DNA of 64,000 nucleotides from an uncultured Sulfurospirillum sp. (GTDB lineage Bacteria; Campylobacterota; Campylobacteria; Campylobacterales; QNZT01): NCBI GenBank assembly GCA_964573205.1, contig CAZNIT010000026.1, positions 1 to 64,000 of the forward strand, read 5' to 3'. Shown piece by piece: positions 58,098 to 64,000 of this stretch (position 1 is its first letter; each line of letters starts with the position of its first letter). The notes under the pieces were generated by a model. It saw only the letters and a program-made list of their open reading frames with translations, ran no database searches and was not told where the DNA came from. The position numbers and the translations under genes were made by a program.

Positions 58098-59704
58098 CGT
58101 TGATTTCCTGCGAAAAAATTTCCCGCTAATCCCTGAGCGGATACTGTAACAAAGAAGAGATACCTTCCTATGATTTCACTCAAAAACGCTCCCGTTACGG
58201 CGATGACAAGAGTAAAAATTGCCGGTATCGTCGCTTTGGAAGCGATCAACACGATCGCGACAATCGGAAAAACAAGCGCAAAGATCGCTAGAGAAAAGAG
58301 ACGAATCTTTTTTAGCTTCGCAAAGTGTTTTTCTAAAAGAGTACGGGATCGATCGAGTTGGTAGAAGAGGGGATCGTCATCTTTTAAATTGCGGTAAAAG
58401 TCGATCTCTTCATAGATGAGATAAAACTGATAAAGTCCGTAAAGCAGGCATAGCGCTAAAATTGCCATAACGCTTCGATCAGCCGAGTTAATTTGCATTG
58501 TAAGTGCCGTAAGCAAAAAGCCTACATAGCCTGTCCCGAAAAATCTTAGGGTTGTCGATTTTCTGTTCCAAGCCGGTCTGGCGGGAACTCGGTAGATTTT
58601 GGATTGCGCATAGATACCGTATAGTCCGATTATCAATACGACCGCCTCGATCGCAGTCATTAAAAAACCGTTTATATCGATTATGTTTTTACTAAAAAGA
58701 ATAGGATATAGATACAAAACGACTATCAATGATACGCCGAGTGCATACGCTCCAAGTGCCGCCGCTTCACGAGAAAGCCATGAAGTTCTTAAATTTTTCA
58801 TAGCGGTTATCGCAAGTGCCGGCCGCCCTAGATGTAGCGCCGAGAGCGGCAAACCTATGCCTGCTGGCAAAAATATCGTCAATGCCAGCCAAAAGTTCGG
58901 TGCGGCCAGGTTAAACCCTAAACTATGTAAAAGCGTTCCCAAAAACATCGCTAAAAAACCGCCGACCGAGATTTGCGTCAAAATTGTCATAAAGATCAGC
59001 GGCCACTCCGGATGGGAAGGTTTTAAAAGTCTCTCATCAGCAGGTTTTACCTCTTTTTCAAACTTCGCAAGAGTATAGCGTGTGGTCGGTTTTGTGATAG
59101 ATATATCGGGTAGATGCGGAGCGACTCCCTCTTTTTCGATTTGACCGTTTAACCACTCATCGGGTCGAAAGATTTCAATCTCGATCGCACCGGCTGGGCA
59201 TGCTTGTACGCAGGCGGGAGTTTGGTTGTTTTCTAGCTTTTGGTGACACATATGACATTTGGTGACGATACCTCTGTCATGGTTGAAAACGGGAACTTCG
59301 TAAGGGCAGTTCCAGGTACAGTATTGGCATCCGATACAAAGATCGTCGTCATGAAATACGATACCGTTATCGAACTTAATATATGAGTTGGTCGGACAAC
59401 CTTTTAGACATTGCGGATCGATGCAGTGGTTGCAACTCATAGAGTTAAAAAGCCGGCTGACATTCGGAAAAGTTCCGGCTTCCATCTCTCCGACTCGCCT
59501 CCATTTGACATCGGGGAGGTTGTTGTTTTGTTCGTTGCAGGCCACTTCGCAGCTGTGGCATCCCACACATGCGCTCATATCGAAATGAAAGCGATACTGC
59601 TCTTTCTCTTTTAAAGGCGGCAGATCTATCTGATAGCTCCCGCACTGCATGGTCGTATCCGCTTTGTATCGGATAAAACTTTCAAGTACCGTTGTATGAT
59701 TCAT
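58094..59704 (-). CDS. Fusion of 4x[4Fe-4S] ferredoxin (DmsB/PsrB-like) and NrfD/PsrC-like 8-TM membrane anchor
   Basis: 536 aa. Four CxxCxxCxxxCP clusters in the first ~190 aa. Eight hydrophobic helices follow. 4-nt overlap with the molybdoenzyme gene. Confidence 0.75.
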   Translation of the reverse strand: MNHTTVLESFIRYKADTTMQCGSYQIDLPPLKEKEQYRFHFDMSACVGCHSCEVACNEQNNNLPDVKWRRVGEMEAGTFPNVSRLFNSMSCNHCIDPQCLKGCPTNSYIKFDNGIVFHDDDLCIGCQYCTWNCPYEVPVFNHDRGIVTKCHMCHQKLENNQTPACVQACPAGAIEIEIFRPDEWLNGQIEKEGVAPHLPDISITKPTTRYTLAKFEKEVKPADERLLKPSHPEWPLIFMTILTQISVGGFLAMFLGTLLHSLGFNLAAPNFWLALTIFLPAGIGLPLSALHLGRPALAITAMKNLRTSWLSREAAALGAYALGVSLIVVLYLYPILFSKNIIDINGFLMTAIEAVVLIIGLYGIYAQSKIYRVPARPAWNRKSTTLRFFGTGYVGFLLTALTMQINSADRSVMAILALCLLYGLYQFYLIYEEIDFYRNLKDDDPLFYQLDRSRTLLEKHFAKLKKIRLFSLAIFALVFPIVAIVLIASKATIPAIFTLVIAVTGAFLSEIIGRYLFFVTVSAQGLAGNFFAGNQR

Positions 59705-59712
59705 CTTCTTCC

Positions 59713-61341
59713 TTACCTCATAATCAAAATGAGTAGATAAATATTTAGTAAAAACGATATGACAAATGCCGTTTTATAAACTCTAAGAGGCTCTTTTTCT
59801 ATAATAGATGCGCTTTTATCATAAAAAGGTTTGACAAATTGCGGATTTTCAAGATCGTAGAGCATTTGAGAATAGTTTTGATAGCGTTGACTTTTATCGA
59901 CCGCAATCGCTCTTAGGATGACACTCTCCAGCCAAGGCGGGATTTTCGGGTTGATCTTTGACGGACTTTTCGGCTTTTTAAAAACCGGTGTTTGAAACGG
60001 TTCTATCTCTCCGTACGGGAGTTTTCGTGTTAAAGATTCATAAATCGTCACCCCTATGGAAAATATTTCACTCGCTTCATCGATACTATCACCTTTGAAT
60101 CTCTCAGGTGCTAGATAACTTGGAGTTCCCGCACGGGTGAGAGTAGAAAAAATCTCGGTAATTGAGCCAAAATCGACGGTTTTGAAATATGTTTTTCCTT
60201 TCCTTTGCGCTCTGATTATATTATCCGGTTTTATATCCGCATGAACTAGATCATGTTTTAAAAGAAATTGCTCCATATGAAGAAGAAATTTTGCGAGATT
60301 TATACTCTCATCTATCGAAAGGAGTCTGTGTTTTAGGTACTTTTTAAGCTCGTCTCCTCTTAAATGTTCCATCACATAGTAGCGAAGCGTTCTATTCTTC
60401 GGAATGACGGCTTTTGGGAAAAAACCGGCTTTAAGTCTTTTTGCGTTCCACGCCTCTTTGACGAAAAGATCGAGTATTCTTTCGTCACTCAATGCTTCAT
60501 ACGGTGCGAATTTGACCACATAAGAGATACCTTTTTTATCGCATAGCCATGTTCTTTCGTTTTGAACCAGCGGCTTTATAAGTTCGTATCCGTCAACGAT
60601 AGCGCCCGATTTTAATGTTCGTGGGATAGGAAGTTTGAGGGATTTTAGTTTGCAGGTTTGATCTATCTCTTTTATCCGCATGATGACTGCCGTTGTATCG
60701 TCCGGAAGGTTGTCGTTTACTTTTTTACTGGCATATTTTACGAGGTTGTTGGCTCCGGCTATGATGTTTGAAGCGATTTCATCTTCTTTTAGTACGCCGT
60801 AAAGACCGTCCGAACAAAGAAGAATCGTATCATCTTTTTTTATGATGTTCTCAAAATAGTGGATATCGCACTCACCGCTTAATCCTACAGCCGATGTCAA
60901 TACATGATCTAAACCTTTTTCATCACTTTTGTGATCTTTTGAAAGTTGATACAGTTTTCCTTCTCTTTGCAGATAGATACGACTGTCTCCTACATTTGCA
61001 CCATAAAGTCTCTCTCCCTCAACGACGCAGAGTGCGACTGTCGTAACAAGTTCGGTGCTCTCGTATGATTCAAGAGATTCGTTGTAGAGTATAGAATTTA
61101 TATTTTTTACGAAATGTTTGATCGACTTTTCCATACTCCAAGAGATCGGTCTGTTTTGAAGGCTTTTAAGAAGATAGCCGCAAACTCTTTTTGCCGCCTC
61201 TTTGCCCGCTTCGGCACTTCCGACACCGTCACATAAGACGGCGATGCAGAGGTCTTGGAGTCGTTTGTATTCAAAAGCGTCGTCACCCGTCAAGTCGTCG
61301 CTCTTTGCAAGTGAAAATCCCGAAAGCCTGATATTTGTCAT
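59713..61341 (-). CDS. Bifunctional PP2C-type Ser/Thr phosphatase / Ser/Thr protein kinase with C-terminal transmembrane anchor
   Basis: 542 aa. PP2C motifs (LCDGVGS, VGDSRIY, LCSDGLYG) in aa 1-230. Kinase motifs (VVKF Lys; HADIKPDNI catalytic loop; DFGS; TPSYLAPE) in aa 240-500. C-terminal helix AFVISFLLNIYLLILIM. Confidence 0.8.
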   Translation of the reverse strand: MTNIRLSGFSLAKSDDLTGDDAFEYKRLQDLCIAVLCDGVGSAEAGKEAAKRVCGYLLKSLQNRPISWSMEKSIKHFVKNINSILYNESLESYESTELVTTVALCVVEGERLYGANVGDSRIYLQREGKLYQLSKDHKSDEKGLDHVLTSAVGLSGECDIHYFENIIKKDDTILLCSDGLYGVLKEDEIASNIIAGANNLVKYASKKVNDNLPDDTTAVIMRIKEIDQTCKLKSLKLPIPRTLKSGAIVDGYELIKPLVQNERTWLCDKKGISYVVKFAPYEALSDERILDLFVKEAWNAKRLKAGFFPKAVIPKNRTLRYYVMEHLRGDELKKYLKHRLLSIDESINLAKFLLHMEQFLLKHDLVHADIKPDNIIRAQRKGKTYFKTVDFGSITEIFSTLTRAGTPSYLAPERFKGDSIDEASEIFSIGVTIYESLTRKLPYGEIEPFQTPVFKKPKSPSKINPKIPPWLESVILRAIAVDKSQRYQNYSQMLYDLENPQFVKPFYDKSASIIEKEPLRVYKTAFVISFLLNIYLLILIMR

Positions 61342-61417
61342 TTTAACCTCGATAATAATATACGGACTCTAAAATTAGATTCAGTTTTATATGAACAATG
61401 GTTAAAAATTAGGCACA

Positions 61418-62701
61418 TTAAATTCTTCCTCCAGCCTGTAATCCCCATGTGGTTCTCCATCTGGTTTTTACTAAAGAGATACCGGCAATCGCTATTAATA
61501 CGACCGTTGCGAAGATGATAAATCCCGCTGTATATCCGTCAAAAGCTCCCTTACTCCATCCGAGAGTTTTAATAAGTGCGGTACCGCCAAGACCGCCCGC
61601 ACAGCCTATAATTCCCGTCATTATTCCTATATCTTTACCAAATCTTTGCGGGACGAGCTGAAAAACCGCTCCGTTTGCCATTCCAAGATTTGCCATAATT
61701 AAAAACAAGACTACGATCGCGGCATAAAACGGAAGCTCGATCGTCGCGTTGACGAAGGCCAGGGCTGCGACGGCACCAAAAAAGAAGTAAAGAGATTTGA
61801 TGCCTCCTAGTCTATCCGCGACGGCTCCGCCGACCGGACGAAGTATCGCTCCGGCGAATATGCACAGCGCGCCGAAATAGCCTGCTACGACTTTGACATT
61901 TTCTTCATTTAAAAAATCCACTCCAAAAGTACTCATATCCGCTTGATAACTATTCATAAGATAAACTTTCATATATCCCGCAAATCCGACGAATCCGCCG
62001 AAACTGACCGCATAAAAGAGATTGAACCACCATGTATCTTTATCTCTTAAAAGTTTGAGATAATCTTTTACTTTTTTTGGTCTTGGAGTATATATCTCTT
62101 TGGGGGCGTCTTTTGCCATAAAAAAGTATGTGATCAAGATTATTGTCGAGAGTACCGCTCCAACCAAAAAGACCGATTCCCATCCCCACAATTGCGCAAT
62201 TTTCGGTGCGAACAAAAAGTCTATGACAACGCCGATATTTCCTGCACCGGCAATGCCTAAAACGACTCCTTGAAGCTTGGGAGGATACCACTGTCCGGCC
62301 TGAGGCAGAGCCACCGCAAAGCTAGCTCCCGCAAAACCCAGTATAAACGCTACCATCAAAAGTTCGTCGTATGTGATACTCGCGCCCCTGAAATATGCAT
62401 AATAAAGACCGCCGACGACAACGGTCTGAGCCATAATGGCGGTTTTTTTCGCGCCGATTTTATCAACCGAAAATCCAAGCAGGATTCTCAAGATTGCTCC
62501 GGATAAAATGGGGATTGAAAGAAGTGTCGCTTTTTGTCCAGGCGTCATTATGAAGTCATGGGATAGTTTTAAAGCTTCGGTTATCTCCGTAGAGAGAGGT
62601 CCTAGCATCGTCCAAACCATAAAACTAAAATCAAAATATAAGAATGCTGCCAAAAGTGTGGGCCAGTGTCCTTGTCCCTTAAGTGCTTTTAGTGAAGCCA
62701 T
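61418..62701 (-). CDS. narK: NarK/NNP-family nitrate/nitrite MFS transporter
   Basis: 427 aa. 12 TM. NNP signature-like motifs (GFSVDKIGAKK and GGAVADRLGG). AGGAG RBS. Confidence 0.75.
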   Translation of the reverse strand: MASLKALKGQGHWPTLLAAFLYFDFSFMVWTMLGPLSTEITEALKLSHDFIMTPGQKATLLSIPILSGAILRILLGFSVDKIGAKKTAIMAQTVVVGGLYYAYFRGASITYDELLMVAFILGFAGASFAVALPQAGQWYPPKLQGVVLGIAGAGNIGVVIDFLFAPKIAQLWGWESVFLVGAVLSTIILITYFFMAKDAPKEIYTPRPKKVKDYLKLLRDKDTWWFNLFYAVSFGGFVGFAGYMKVYLMNSYQADMSTFGVDFLNEENVKVVAGYFGALCIFAGAILRPVGGAVADRLGGIKSLYFFFGAVAALAFVNATIELPFYAAIVVLFLIMANLGMANGAVFQLVPQRFGKDIGIMTGIIGCAGGLGGTALIKTLGWSKGAFDGYTAGFIIFATVVLIAIAGISLVKTRWRTTWGLQAGGRI

Positions 62702-62721
62702 GTAACTCCTTTGTGATCTAT

Positions 62722-62743
62722 TTATGCTTATAGTGTAGCATAA
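62722..62743. promoter_or_regulatory. Palindrome TTATGCT-N8-AGCATAA in narK leader (operator or RNA hairpin), flanked by GTGAT...ATCAC
   Basis: Seen directly. 21-42 nt upstream of the narK start codon on the minus strand. Inside the divergent narK / crp-fnr intergenic region. Confidence 0.35.
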
Positions 62744-62901
62744 TCACGTCAATAGATATACAATATACTGATTAATTATTAAGCAGTTAGTTGTTATTTC
62801 TTCTGAAAAATATTTATTATCTTATGAAACTAAGAGTAAGTACAAAAATTTTACAAAGTATAAAGAATTTTGTGGATATAATATCTGACTAACAAGGGTT
62901 T

Positions 62902-63546
62902 ATGATGAAAATTACATTAAAAGAGATACCGTTTTTTAGTAGTTTAAGCGATGAAAACATAAAAAAGTTGGGGCAGATTTCATGCTTTCGTAACTATAAT
63001 GCCGATGAACTTCTATTTTACGAAGGCGATGAACCGGGAAAACTTTATATACTTGTAGATGGCGTGTTACGGCTTTACAAGACCGATCCGAAAGGTCATG
63101 AGATATATATTCATCAATTTACTCCGATTTCAATGATAGGCGAGTTGGCGAATTTCGAAAATATGCGCTTTCCCGCTTCCGCGAAATTTATCACTAGCGG
63201 TACGGTTTTGAAGATCGAGTATAGCAAACTTGAAGATCTTTTATATGAAAATTCGCAAATTTGTATGGAGATCATCAAATCTTTGACGAAAAAAGTTAAA
63301 ATTTTATCAAATGTAATTCATCATGAGATGATACTGACTTCGGAGGCTAAAGTCGCAAAATTTATCGACGAGCATAAAGAGCTTTTTGAAACGGTCAGAA
63401 ACAATCAAATCGCCGCAATATTAAACGTTTCTCCGGAGACTCTCTCACGAACTTTGGCGAAGCTTAAGAAAAATTCAATTATCTCCATAGATAAAAAACA
63501 CAATATTACGATTTTGGACGAAAAGGCGTTAAAAAGTCTCTTTTAA
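62902..63546 (+). CDS. Crp/Fnr-family transcriptional regulator (cNMP-binding domain + C-terminal HTH)
   Basis: 214 aa. Domain pattern of the Crp/Fnr family (LFYEGDEPGKLYILVDGVLRLYK; HTH IAAILNVSPETLSRTLAKLKK). TATAAT at 62877-62882 upstream. Confidence 0.85.
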   Translation: MMKITLKEIPFFSSLSDENIKKLGQISCFRNYNADELLFYEGDEPGKLYILVDGVLRLYKTDPKGHEIYIHQFTPISMIGELANFENMRFPASAKFITSGTVLKIEYSKLEDLLYENSQICMEIIKSLTKKVKILSNVIHHEMILTSEAKVAKFIDEHKELFETVRNNQIAAILNVSPETLSRTLAKLKKNSIISIDKKHNITILDEKALKSLF

Positions 63547-63555
63547 CTCTTCTTC

Positions 63556-63569
63556 TTGACTTATGTCAA
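63556..63569. promoter_or_regulatory. Candidate Crp/Fnr-family binding site TTGAC-TTAT-GTCAA centred at -41.5 relative to a TACAAT -10 (63592-63597)
   Basis: Perfect 5-bp inverted repeat with 4-bp spacer. Spacing to the putative -10 fits class II FNR/CRP-type activation. Located 10 nt after the regulator stop. Confidence 0.45.
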
Positions 63570-63630
63570 TCATTAAAAGTTATTATTTTATTACAATTAC
63601 TATCGTAGTACTTTATTGACAGGAGACAGT

Positions 63631-63954
63631 ATGAAAGAAGTATATTTAAACATGCCTCAGCTTGCCCCGGAAGACTTCTTACCGATTTTCACGTCGGCGA
63701 CCCTTGTTTTGATCTTCGGGACAATCTTTGTAGGTTTATATACTTTTTCCAAAATGAAAAAGATTCCCTCGTATTATCAGTATATAGGGTATCTTTTCTG
63801 GATTGGATGCGCATACTCTCTTTACCTGTTAAGTACTCTGGTTGGAAGTGGTTCCTTTACTCAAAAAGTATTAATGATGGCGATGTTCGCTTATTTCATA
63901 TTGCCTCATTTTATCTACTTTTTGATGCAAGAGACCCACAAACGACACGATTAA
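63631..63954 (+). CDS. Small integral membrane protein (3 TM), hypothetical
   Basis: 107 aa from MKEVYLNMPQ. AGGAGA RBS 6 nt upstream. The ORF track's MTGDSM start at 63616 lacks an RBS. Confidence 0.5.
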   Translation: MKEVYLNMPQLAPEDFLPIFTSATLVLIFGTIFVGLYTFSKMKKIPSYYQYIGYLFWIGCAYSLYLLSTLVGSGSFTQKVLMMAMFAYFILPHFIYFLMQETHKRHD

Positions 63955-63970
63955 TAGGAGGTAGCACACT

Positions 63971-64000
63971 ATGGCAGAACAACCAACTTCTGTATGGAGC
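63971..64000 (+). CDS. 5' end of an unidentified gene (MAEQPTSVWS...), truncated by window end
   Basis: AGGAGG 8 nt upstream of the ATG. Only 10 codons visible. Confidence 0.35.
   Translation, partial: MAEQPTSVWS

Noticed and set aside
1..64000. Mobile elements, integrases, tRNA/rRNA genes and CRISPR arrays.
   Set aside because: I scanned all intergenic regions (all under 400 nt). No tRNA-like cloverleaf candidates, direct-repeat arrays, transposase-like or integrase-like ORFs, or inverted terminal repeats were seen.

Overview
This 64-kb window is chromosomal DNA that looks epsilonproteobacterial (Campylobacterota). The evidence is synteny: flaG-fliD-fliS-fliT-like, flgI-flgJ-like-(flgN-like)-flgK, ispG-dnaB-comEC, and sigma54- and sigma28-type flagellar promoters. 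The sequence is moderately AT-rich by eye. I saw no tRNA or rRNA genes, CRISPR arrays, transposases or integrases.

Content from start to end:
- 1-4602 (-): a giant secreted adhesin-like ORF, 5' end in the window and running off the window start. It has an SdrD/CnaB-like module, parallel beta-helix repeats and a Calx-beta domain.
- 4694-9025 (-): a tightly packed four-gene operon. It combines an XpaC-like membrane protein and TelA/YaaN-like protein (toxic-anion / envelope-stress module) with a COG4260-type SPFH protein and a double zinc-ribbon, C-terminally membrane-anchored protein.
- 9203-12157 (+): argD, a MidA-like methyltransferase, an ankyrin-repeat lipoprotein and an orphan thiS.
- 12196-24540 (-): a complete Pel-type exopolysaccharide locus in an unusual order (pelC-D-E-F-G, an extra membrane TPR gene, then pelB and pelA).
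- 24683-26599 (+): leuA preceded by a consensus promoter and a Leu-rich leader peptide (candidate attenuator).
- 26609-27214 (+): a UPF0126/TRIC-like membrane protein.
- 27211-34426: the flaG-fliD-fliS block (-), then rsmD, flgI, a flgJ-like rod-binding gene, a flgN-like gene and flgK (+).
- 34508-53819: housekeeping genes (ispG, dnaB, comEC-like, uvrC, nadB, NhaD-like antiporter, guaA, hemD-like, yebC) plus a large hybrid sensor kinase and an adjacent PAS / acidic-linker / Hpt protein.
- 53882-62701 (-): a nitrate-assimilation-like operon. It carries a NarK-type transporter, a fused PP2C phosphatase / Ser-Thr kinase with a C-terminal membrane anchor, a ferredoxin/NrfD-like membrane fusion, a NasA/NarB-like molybdoenzyme and a NirA-like siroheme reductase.
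- 62902-64000 (+): a divergent Crp/Fnr regulator, a candidate binding site (TTGAC-N4-GTCAA) at -41.5 of a downstream promoter, a small membrane protein and the start of a further gene.

The most notable candidates for novelty are the TelA/XpaC + SPFH + zinc-ribbon operon, the phosphatase-kinase fusion and quinol-type electron-donor partner inside the nitrate-assimilation operon, and the rearranged Pel locus.
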